Part shown: positions 27,008 to 34,109 of the stretch, piece by piece
Layout of the letters: each line of letters opens with the position of its first letter
Position numbering within the stretch: the first letter of the stretch is position 1
IMG/VR virus record: IMGVR_UViG_3300010279_000002
Span: 1-51,070 of that record
Length of the DNA: 51,070 bases
Reading direction: 5' to 3' (one strand)
Source of the DNA: a virus
Translations under genes and position numbers: made by a program
Notes under the pieces: generated by a model
What the model was told of the DNA's origin: nothing
Database searches by the model: none
Seen by the model: only the letters and a program-made list of their open reading frames with translations

Positions 27008-27351
27008 TTCTTCTTTGGAATAAAGGGTTCAAGTTTCTGCATGATAGGGTCAAAAATGGTCACGAATGCATTTTGCGGGCAATAATTGGTGATGGTCGGA
27101 ATGCTGTTGATGATGATTGTTGCATCAGCCCCTTTTTTGTCCATACCGAGCCGGCGGCATTCCTTATGCACCCATTTGGCAAGCCGTTCAATTTCTTCTT
27201 TGAGGGTTTGAACATGGGTGTAATCCGTCCGCTTCCTGATGGCAATGGTGTACCCGGGTTCTGCAAAGGTCTGTGAGAATTGGAAAGATGCCCTTGCCAT
27301 GAGGTCTTTGACATATTGGGGCATCGGCGGGTTGCTGTCAATGATTTTCAT
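27004..27351 (-). CDS. Hypothetical protein
   Basis: 115-aa ORF that overlaps its neighbours by 4 nt on each side. Confidence 0.5.
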   Translation of the reverse strand: MKIIDSNPPMPQYVKDLMARASFQFSQTFAEPGYTIAIRKRTDYTHVQTLKEEIERLAKWVHKECRRLGMDKKGADATIIINSIPTITNYCPQNAFVTIFDPIMQKLEPFIPKKK

Positions 27352-27527
27352 TGTTCACACTTTTTTAATTCGACATTGTAATCAAGATATTTGGCAAGGC
27401 ATGTGGTGAAAAAGTCCCTTGCTTTGGCCTTGTCCGTGAAATATCTTGCGGTGACAATGCCCCCTCTTGGACCGGTCACGACCACTTGCCATTGGGAGAG
27501 GGGGGCAATTCTTCTATCTGATTCCAT
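27348..27527 (-). CDS. Hypothetical protein
   Basis: 59 aa from the ATG at 27527. Confidence 0.4.
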   Translation of the reverse strand: MESDRRIAPLSQWQVVVTGPRGGIVTARYFTDKAKARDFFTTCLAKYLDYNVELKKCEQ

Positions 27528-27720
27528 CGTCAATGAAGTTTATGTCGGCGAATTGCGGGCGTTCCTTGATGGCGTATTCAAGGAAATCAGGTTCGCATTT
27601 GAACCTTATGCAGAATCCCAATTCATCCCGGCCGCATTCAAAGGGGCGGCCATGATGGGTAAGCCAAAAGGCCAATTCATCAACTTGGGCGTGTGTCCTG
27701 TATGTGTGTGGTTCTTGCAT
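27514..27720 (-). CDS. Hypothetical protein
   Basis: 68-aa ORF with an ATG start. Confidence 0.4.
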   Translation of the reverse strand: MQEPHTYRTHAQVDELAFWLTHHGRPFECGRDELGFCIRFKCEPDFLEYAIKERPQFADINFIDDGIR

Positions 27721-27732
27721 GATGATGGGGTT

Positions 27733-27978
27733 TTAGACATCCAAATAAGCATAAGACATGTTGCATTCCCGGTCATATCCGCAATCCGTCAGCTTACCGA
27801 GAAAGAATGCTTGCAGCTTGCTCATGGCCTTGTCATTTCTGCCATCGAAAGTGAATGTGAACTTATCGAGGGCGCGGATGGTGATTTCAACCGGAACACC
27901 GGCGATGTGTGAAAGGGTATCTTCAAGGACCTGAACTCTTGAAAGGTACGCGGGATGTTTGATTGTGTTGCTTGTCAT
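27733..27978 (-). CDS. Hypothetical protein
   Basis: The ATG at 27978 (MTSNTIKHP...) avoids overlap with the upstream gene. A longer alternative reaches 28056. Confidence 0.4.
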   Translation of the reverse strand: MTSNTIKHPAYLSRVQVLEDTLSHIAGVPVEITIRALDKFTFTFDGRNDKAMSKLQAFFLGKLTDCGYDRECNMSYAYLDV

Positions 27979-28000
27979 TGTTGCGTATGTTTTGGGTTGA

Positions 28001-28189
28001 TTATTTCTGAACCGGCATGGATGTGAGGATGTAAGTGTCTTGCCTTTCGGCTTCATGGTTGGTGATGGACACGACTTTCAATGTCCCGAATCCGGGTTTG
28101 CCATAATATGCGTCAAATCCCTCACGGCCACGGGCGGCATTGAATATCTTTCCAAGGTGCTTTTCGGCTCCCTCACGGGTCAGATACAC
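28001..28189 (-). CDS. Hypothetical protein (GTG start)
   Basis: 62-aa ORF. No in-frame ATG is available. Confidence 0.35.
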   Translation of the reverse strand: MYLTREGAEKHLGKIFNAARGREGFDAYYGKPGFGTLKVVSITNHEAERQDTYILTSMPVQK

Positions 28190-28199
28190 CCCTTCGACA

Positions 28200-28514
28200 T
28201 CAAATGTTGAAAGAGTGTATTCGGTCTTTATTGGCCGTAGCCCTCAAAGATAAGCCGCTTGTGTCAAGCCCCGATGCCACGGCCGCTTCGAACCAATGTT
28301 GCACAAAGGTCTTTTCGCACATGAGCCTTTCTTGAAGTTCAATCAGGGCGATGATGTCGGTTTCCCAATCCTTTGCATCAACTTCCTTGCAGAACACCAT
28401 CGAATGCGGGGAAATTCCCCATCTGATGATGTCTTTGCCGTTAGAGGTCACAAGGAATCCGACAGTCTTGAAGTCATTGTCTTTTACGATAGTTGCTTTC
28501 ATTGTTGCAAGCAT
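28200..28514 (-). CDS. Hypothetical protein, first gene of the accessory operon
   Basis: 104 aa with ATG at 28514, 42 bp downstream of a minus-strand -7 box. Confidence 0.5.
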   Translation of the reverse strand: MLATMKATIVKDNDFKTVGFLVTSNGKDIIRWGISPHSMVFCKEVDAKDWETDIIALIELQERLMCEKTFVQHWFEAAVASGLDTSGLSLRATANKDRIHSFNI

Positions 28515-28536
28515 TTAATTGTTCTTGTTGCGTTCC

Positions 28537-28551
28537 GTGTTATAGTAACAC
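28537..28551 (-). promoter_or_regulatory. 15-bp inverted-repeat element (minus-strand reading GTGTTACTATAACAC), copy B
   Basis: Perfect gtgtta-N3-taacac. It lies 4 nt downstream of the minus-strand -7 box. Confidence 0.5.
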
Positions 28552-28555
28552 ATCG

Positions 28556-28563
28556 CAAAGGTA
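28556..28563 (-). promoter_or_regulatory. Candidate -7 box TACCTTTG for the accessory operon
   Basis: The plus strand reads caaaggta, matching TAnnTTTG on the minus strand. Confidence 0.45.
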
Positions 28564-28609
28564 GTGAATATTTTTAATAAAACAACTATTTTGCAAGAAA
28601 ATTTGTGCA

Positions 28610-28622
28610 TTTGCATTGCAAA
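28610..28622. promoter_or_regulatory. Perfect 13-bp palindrome TTTGCATTGCAAA (copy 2)
   Basis: Identical to 16356..16368 and located between the divergent promoters. Confidence 0.5.
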
Positions 28623-28632
28623 ATGTTCAAAA

Positions 28633-28647
28633 GTGTTCGATAACTCC
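28633..28647 (+). promoter_or_regulatory. Degenerate copy of the 15-bp element (GTGTTCGATAACTCC)
   Basis: About 11/15 matches to GTGTTACTATAACAC. Confidence 0.3.
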
Positions 28648-28662
28648 AAGCAATTCTTTCGC

Positions 28663-28677
28663 GTGTTACTATAAAAC
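28663..28677 (+). promoter_or_regulatory. 15-bp element GTGTTACTATAAAAC, copy C
   Basis: 14/15 matches to the reverse complement of copy B. It lies 5 nt upstream of the plus-strand -7 box. Confidence 0.45.
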
Positions 28678-28682
28678 GATTG

Positions 28683-28690
28683 TAACTTTG
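28683..28690 (+). promoter_or_regulatory. Candidate -7 box TAACTTTG for the head operon
   Basis: Matches TAnnTTTG, 48 bp upstream of the ATG at 28738. Confidence 0.45.
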
Positions 28691-28737
28691 AGCCGTTGAT
28701 TTTTGTTACACCATAACACATTTAATTCATCACAATT

Positions 28738-29448
28738 ATGTTCAAAACGATTTTAGCATTACTGATCGCCGTTTATGGCAATGTATCAGGCGTGCGGAAA
28801 GACGGCTTGACCAATCTGGCACGCGGTCTCGCGTTACAGGCAACGACCGATGAGGAAGCGAAAGCCATCGTGGACAAGCTGACCGAAGCGCAGGTCATTG
28901 AGTTTTGCCGTGGCTACCGTTCCGATGTGGACAAGGAAGTCGCCGAAAGCAACAAGACTTTGGAAGCCAATTTCCGCAAGAAGTATCACATCAAGGATGA
29001 CGATGCCGATGATGATGACGAACCCGGCGTTAAAGGCAAAGGCAAAGACGGGGACATCGCGGCCATTGTAAAAGCGGCCGTGGATGCAGCCCTTGCACCC
29101 ATGAAAGAGACCATTGACGGATTCAAGGCCAAAGAAGTCGGCAAGACAAGGCTTCAAGCATTGGAAGATGCCTTAAAGGAATGCAAGGACGAGAATTTCA
29201 AGGCGCAGACCCTGAAAGACTTTGGCCGGATGTCCTTTGCATCTGATGATGACTTCAATGAATACTTGTCGGGCAAGACGGCCGATGTAAAAACGGCCAA
29301 TCAGCGCGTTGCCGATGATGCGCTTCGTGGCGGTGGTGCGCCCCTTTTCTCGCAGAAAGAAGCGGAAACGGGCGTTTCAAAAGGCGTTTCGGAGTTCATC
29401 AAGTCACAATCGCCGGAGGGTAATGCGTTTGCCGGCAAAACCGTTTAA
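28738..29448 (+). CDS. Putative scaffolding protein
   Basis: 236 aa, helical and charged, with an acidic run DDDADDDDE. It lies upstream of the decoration and capsid genes. Confidence 0.5.
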   Translation: MFKTILALLIAVYGNVSGVRKDGLTNLARGLALQATTDEEAKAIVDKLTEAQVIEFCRGYRSDVDKEVAESNKTLEANFRKKYHIKDDDADDDDEPGVKGKGKDGDIAAIVKAAVDAALAPMKETIDGFKAKEVGKTRLQALEDALKECKDENFKAQTLKDFGRMSFASDDDFNEYLSGKTADVKTANQRVADDALRGGGAPLFSQKEAETGVSKGVSEFIKSQSPEGNAFAGKTV

Positions 29449-29467
29449 CAATTAACCTTTAAGCCTT

Positions 29468-30034
29468 ATGGCACTGAGAATCCAAAGAAAGAAAGACAAC
29501 CGCGTTGTGAAGTGTGTGCTTCACCGCGTGGCGGACATTCCCGGTGGCGTGACTGTCAAGGTTGCCGATTTGGGCGGAAATGCACTCTTTGAGGGAACAC
29601 CTCTCGGAAAGGGAGCAAATGGTGTGTATCAGGTGGTGAAAACCGCACAGATTATCACCAAGGCCGCAGCCGATGCGACAACCTATGATGTGGCAAAGGG
29701 GCATCATTTCAAGGTCGGTGACCGTTTTGCGACCGCGGCTTGCAATGGTCAGCTTATCACTGCCATTGACAAGTCCGATTCCGCAAAGGATGTCATCACC
29801 GTTGGAACAACCCTCGGTGCTGACATCACCGCCGGAACTTGCGCCTTTGAATCTTCCGGCGCAAACAAGACCCTGAAATATGCCCCCGTGGGCATCGCCG
29901 GTCAGAACCAGGATGTCGAAAGTGGTGACAACCTCTTTACCGACATTTGGGTCATTGGCGTTGTGCGTGAATCCAACGCGCCAATCGTCAATGATTCCAT
30001 CAAATCGGCGCTCAAAGGAATCCTTTATGTGTAA
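29468..30034 (+). CDS. Putative head decoration protein
   Basis: 188 aa, Gly/Ala/Thr-rich and beta-rich, located between the scaffold and the major capsid gene as in lambda-like head modules. Confidence 0.4.
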   Translation: MALRIQRKKDNRVVKCVLHRVADIPGGVTVKVADLGGNALFEGTPLGKGANGVYQVVKTAQIITKAAADATTYDVAKGHHFKVGDRFATAACNGQLITAIDKSDSAKDVITVGTTLGADITAGTCAFESSGANKTLKYAPVGIAGQNQDVESGDNLFTDIWVIGVVRESNAPIVNDSIKSALKGILYV

Positions 30035-30053
30035 TCTTCAAATCTGAACAGAT

Positions 30054-31160
30054 ATGCAGAAGTCATTGATGGTCGGGTTGAATGAGAAAGACATGCAGGC
30101 CGTAATCTACACTTACAATCTGCATGATTACTACTATCCAACCCTTTTCCCGCTGAAAGAGACCAACTTCCTGACATGGAAGATGCTTGAAGCACAGGCG
30201 GGTTTGAAGATTGCCGCCGACCTTGTTTCCCGTGGTGCGACCATTCCGCGCAAGACCCGTGAAGCCATTTCCCGCATTCAGGGTGATATTCCCAAGATTT
30301 CCATTTCTCGTGAAAAGAACGAGGATGAATTGACGGAATATGACATCCTTGTCGCAATGTCATCCAACAATCCCGACCTCAAAGCCCTTGTGGAGTTTTG
30401 GGCCGAGGATACCAAATTCTGTTGGGATGGCGTTGCCGCCCGTGTTGAGTGGATTGCGCTTCGTCAGATTTCGCTTGGAAAGGTCACTTTCACCAACAGC
30501 AACAACGCGGCAATCGTCACTGAATACGATGTCGATTATCAGATTCCGTCTGAACAGAAAATCGGCGTTGAAGTCTCTTATTCTTCAGGCGCTTCCGGCA
30601 AGCCCCTCACAAAAGACTTCGTGAAAGCAATCAAACTTGGCAAGCGCCTTTATGGTGCGGTGTACAAGTTCGCTTTCATGAATGTGGACACTTTTGAGAA
30701 GCTGGCCGCGCAGGAGGAAGTCATCAAGAAGTGCGCGACATTCATTCAGAATGTCGCCGAAACCGCGGATGCCCCTGACCTCAAAACGGTCAATGCATAC
30801 CTTGCCAAGAAGAACGAACTTTACAAGGGCTTGCAGATTGTTCTCATTGATCAATCCATCACCCTTGAACTTGCGGATGGATCCCGCGTCACGGAAAATC
30901 CTTTCGTGGATGATGTCATCCTGTTCTCCGAAAGCAAGGTTCTTGGCAACACTTGGTGGAAAAAGCCGATCGATGCCAAGAAACTCCCCGGCTCGGTCGC
31001 TGAAAAGGTCATGCACGGACACACCCTTATCAAGAAATTCTCCAACGAGGAACCGGTGCAGGAAGTCACCGAGGGCATCACCAATGCTTTCCCAGCTTGG
31101 AATCTTGCAGGGCGTTCCGTCCTCATGCAGACCAACGCAACTTCTTGGAACAAGAACTAA
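30054..31160 (+). CDS. Major capsid protein
   Basis: 368 aa. Called on position, size, and the strong terminator hairpin downstream. Confidence 0.75.
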   Translation: MQKSLMVGLNEKDMQAVIYTYNLHDYYYPTLFPLKETNFLTWKMLEAQAGLKIAADLVSRGATIPRKTREAISRIQGDIPKISISREKNEDELTEYDILVAMSSNNPDLKALVEFWAEDTKFCWDGVAARVEWIALRQISLGKVTFTNSNNAAIVTEYDVDYQIPSEQKIGVEVSYSSGASGKPLTKDFVKAIKLGKRLYGAVYKFAFMNVDTFEKLAAQEEVIKKCATFIQNVAETADAPDLKTVNAYLAKKNELYKGLQIVLIDQSITLELADGSRVTENPFVDDVILFSESKVLGNTWWKKPIDAKKLPGSVAEKVMHGHTLIKKFSNEEPVQEVTEGITNAFPAWNLAGRSVLMQTNATSWNKN

Positions 31161-31165
31161 CATCC

Positions 31166-31199
31166 AGCCCGCGGCCGGTGCTTGCTTGTCGCGGGCTTT
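31166..31199 (+). terminator. Terminator/attenuator hairpin after the major capsid gene
   Basis: agcccgcg/cgcgggct 8-bp stem (31166..31173 and 31190..31197), then TTTATT. Confidence 0.55.
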
Positions 31200-31214
31200 A
31201 TTCCTGATGCCGAC

Positions 31215-31529
31215 ATGACAAACAAACAATACATTTCCAAATCCCTGAATGGGCTGAATGTCTCGGAAGATGACATTGACATAATCATTGCCAAAGCCAA
31301 GATTGATGCCGATTCGACCGCCGATGTGGAAGCATGTGACAAGGCCGTCCACAAGAGGTTTTCCATTGTCCTGAAAGGGATGACGCAGAACGTTTCCGAG
31401 GGTGGTTATTCGATTTCATGGAACATGGATGCGGTCAAGATGTATTACAATGCCTTGTGCAATGAATACGGCCTTGAAAATGTATTGAATGCCCGTCCCG
31501 TCATCCGTGACCGTTCAAACATGTGGTAA
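31215..31529 (+). CDS. Head-tail connector protein (putative)
   Basis: ATG at 31215 (the track start is a TTG). Called on position after the MCP. Confidence 0.45.
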   Translation: MTNKQYISKSLNGLNVSEDDIDIIIAKAKIDADSTADVEACDKAVHKRFSIVLKGMTQNVSEGGYSISWNMDAVKMYYNALCNEYGLENVLNARPVIRDRSNMW

Positions 31530-31530
31530 T

Positions 31531-31869
31531 ATGGCCATGATTAAGCAATACCCGCATTTTCTCTTTGTTTGTGATGCCCCCGAAGCGGTGCAGGACGGCA
31601 ATGGGAATTGGGTGTCATCCGATGATACGGGCTTGAAATTCGTTTCCAAGTGCCGTGAGGAAACCGGTGGTGTTGGTGCTGAATATCAGGTTGCCGGCGG
31701 AACATTCCGCAAGGCATCCGCGTTGATTCAGCTTCCAAAGGGCGTTGCAAACATCCCCGATGGGGCAAAGGTCGTTGTGTCGAATGATGTGGATGGTAAT
31801 GATGTGAGGATTCAGGGGACGGTCTTGCACTTCGATTTCGGGCAATTGCATTCTCGGTTATGGCTATAA
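31531..31869 (+). CDS. Head closure / head-tail adaptor (putative)
   Basis: ATG at 31531, directly after the previous stop. Confidence 0.45.
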   Translation: MAMIKQYPHFLFVCDAPEAVQDGNGNWVSSDDTGLKFVSKCREETGGVGAEYQVAGGTFRKASALIQLPKGVANIPDGAKVVVSNDVDGNDVRIQGTVLHFDFGQLHSRLWL

Positions 31870-32348
31870 CTCCCACATTCTCAATGGATGCCGTAAAAGG
31901 GCGGATGAATGCGTTTCTTGATGAGGTCAAGAAGCAACAGATTTCGCGCTTGCGGGAACTTGGGGAAATGTGTGTTGCCTATGCCCGGAGTGTGCCGCCC
32001 GAAACCGGATTCCATGACCAAACCGGCAACTTGCGGTCATCAATCGGTTACATGGTCTTTGTGGATGGCGTGGCGGTTCACCAATCCCCATTTGAGCAAG
32101 TCCAGCCCAAAGCCGAAGTTTCCAATGGCGTTGTGTACAACGGGAACAAGGTGGGAGAGGAACTTTGCAGACGAATCGGGGAGCAGACAACGGGCGTTTG
32201 CCTTGTGTGTGTCGCGGGGATGAATTATGCCCAATATGTCGAAAGCAAAGGCCGGGATGTCCTGACGGGGGCGGAACATCTTGCAGAAAAGGAATTGCCC
32301 CGGATGTTGGAACAGCTTGTCAAAAACATTAAAAGCGCGGTCGAATGA
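31860..32348 (+). CDS. HK97 gp10-family tail completion protein
   Basis: Contains DQTGNLRSSIGY, the characteristic TGNLRxSI motif. Confidence 0.6.
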   Translation: MAITPTFSMDAVKGRMNAFLDEVKKQQISRLRELGEMCVAYARSVPPETGFHDQTGNLRSSIGYMVFVDGVAVHQSPFEQVQPKAEVSNGVVYNGNKVGEELCRRIGEQTTGVCLVCVAGMNYAQYVESKGRDVLTGAEHLAEKELPRMLEQLVKNIKSAVE

Positions 32349-32749
32349 AAACGGCATTTGATACCAATGGAATCCTTTTCCGCTTGTTGCACGGCAATAC
32401 ATCCGCCAATGGAGGCGTGTATGTCGAAGATGACAGGCCGGATAATTCGGAGAAAGAAGATATTGTTGTGAACTCCATTGATTTGGGGCAAGATTCCTTG
32501 CCGCAAATCGGGACATCAAACATCAATGTCTATGTCCCCGACATTGAGGTGAAAATCGGAGGAAAGATGCAAGTTCAGGCCAATCGGCCACGGCTCAAAG
32601 TCATCACGGATGAAGTTCTTGCACAAGTGCGTGATTCACGCATTGAGGGCTTGAAAATCGTGGTGATGAACCACACCATGATGAATGAGCCGAACATGAA
32701 ACAACACTTTTCAAACATCCGCGTTGATTGGAACATTCAAAAAGATTAA
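32345..32749 (+). CDS. Tail terminator-like structural protein (putative)
   Basis: 134 aa, with an ATGA overlap. Called on position before the major tail gene. Confidence 0.4.
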   Translation: MKTAFDTNGILFRLLHGNTSANGGVYVEDDRPDNSEKEDIVVNSIDLGQDSLPQIGTSNINVYVPDIEVKIGGKMQVQANRPRLKVITDEVLAQVRDSRIEGLKIVVMNHTMMNEPNMKQHFSNIRVDWNIQKD

Positions 32750-32754
32750 ATATT

Positions 32755-33252
32755 ATGTCACTCATTACTCTCGGATTATCACAGATAAAGGTGGGTGAGG
32801 CGGCCGTGAATGGCACGATGCCCACTGAACTGACCAAAATCGGCAAGACCTACAAGGACACTTGCAAAATCGCGCAGGATGCGGCCGAAGTGACGGAGCA
32901 TTACGAGGAGGGCAAGTCGGCCCCTGAAGTGCGCAAGAAAGCCAAGAAAATCCCCGTTCTCACGTTCTCCATCATGGACGCGGACGTTCCGTTTCTGATT
33001 GACTACATCGGCGGAGAGAATGTCGGTACGGAGCAAGAACCCAAGTGGGGTTATGCCGGTGATGAAGTGGTCGCGAACAAGGCCGTCAAGGTCGAATCGG
33101 AACAGGGTCTCGACTTTGAGATACCAAATGGAGATATCGAAGCCGTCATCAATGCCGACATGTCGGCAAAGGGCATCTTTCTGGTAGATTTCACCGTAAC
33201 CCCTTGCGCCGTGACCGCCGGCAAGCCGCTTCGTGGCGTTCCGCACAAGTAA
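32755..33252 (+). CDS. Major tail protein
   Basis: The product from the ATG at 32755 starts MSLITLGLSQIKVGEA... It is followed by a strong hairpin and the chaperone pair. Confidence 0.6.
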   Translation: MSLITLGLSQIKVGEAAVNGTMPTELTKIGKTYKDTCKIAQDAAEVTEHYEEGKSAPEVRKKAKKIPVLTFSIMDADVPFLIDYIGGENVGTEQEPKWGYAGDEVVANKAVKVESEQGLDFEIPNGDIEAVINADMSAKGIFLVDFTVTPCAVTAGKPLRGVPHK

Positions 33253-33276
33253 TTGTCGGGGTCACAAGGTAAACCC

Positions 33277-33312
33277 GAAGCCCCCGGGCAATCATTGCTT
33301 TGGGGGCTTCTT
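33277..33312 (+). terminator. Hairpin after the major tail gene
   Basis: gaagccccc/gggggcttc 9-bp stem (33277..33285 and 33302..33310), then TTTAAT. Confidence 0.5.
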
Positions 33313-33329
33313 TAATATCAATTGTGATT

Positions 33330-33899
33330 ATGGATGAAGATATTAAGAAACTTCAACAGGAAAAAGATGAATTGAACACCCTTATCGGAAAGGGCGTTGA
33401 ATTCACCGTCACCGACACGGAGTTTGAGACGGAAAAAAGGTTTTTCGGCCTTGTCAAGAAGCGCAAGTCCAAGACCATCACAAGGGCATTCAAGATAGAT
33501 GAACCGACCCTCGCGACACTTGACCGGCTTTCATCAGAATGGATCGAATTTGCCCTTGATGAAGCGGCCATGAAGTCCACGGATGCCCTTGAAAGGTCAA
33601 GGCGGCTTGCGAAAGACCATGCCATCCGTTTTGCGCGAATCGTGGCCATTGCCGTTCTTGGGTCAGAAAGGCTCATTGCCGTCCCGGTCAAAGAGGGCGT
33701 GAAGTGGGTTGAAGATTCCGCGAGACTGGAAGAATTGACCGGCCTTTTCGCACGGTCAATCAGGCCCTCGAAGTTGTATCAGATAGTGGTGCTTATCAAT
33801 GCCATGTGCAACTTGGGGGATTTTACGAACTCTATTCGATTGATGTCAAGCGACCGCACCACGATGCCGATTCGGATAGAGGAAAACAACGGGGATTAA
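33330..33899 (+). CDS. Tail assembly chaperone (gpG-like)
   Basis: ATG at 33330. It lies directly upstream of the tape measure gene and is overlapped at its 3' end by an ORF in the -1 frame. Confidence 0.55.
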   Translation: MDEDIKKLQQEKDELNTLIGKGVEFTVTDTEFETEKRFFGLVKKRKSKTITRAFKIDEPTLATLDRLSSEWIEFALDEAAMKSTDALERSRRLAKDHAIRFARIVAIAVLGSERLIAVPVKEGVKWVEDSARLEELTGLFARSIRPSKLYQIVVLINAMCNLGDFTNSIRLMSSDRTTMPIRIEENNGD

Positions 33900-34108
33900 A
33901 CAGTCCACATGGTCGCAGGGGTGCGATTTGTGCGCATTTCGGGTGGACATATGATTACCTATTGAACGGCATCCCGTGGGCGGTAGTGGAAAGGATGATG
34001 GTTGATGCGCCAAGTTATGATGCAGATGGCGGCAAAGATGATGAAGTCATCCGACTCACAACCGAAAATAGTCAAGATATTATGAATTATATCAACAGCA
34101 TGATGTAA
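33806..34108 (+). CDS. -1 frame extension ORF (gpT-like part of the chaperone)
   Basis: The ORF is open in the -1 frame relative to 33330..33899 and ends 1 nt before the tape measure ATG. It has no ATG of its own (the track start is a GTG). Confidence 0.4.
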   Translation: MQLGGFYELYSIDVKRPHHDADSDRGKQRGLNSPHGRRGAICAHFGWTYDYLLNGIPWAVVERMMVDAPSYDADGGKDDEVIRLTTENSQDIMNYINSMM

Positions 34109-34109
34109 C

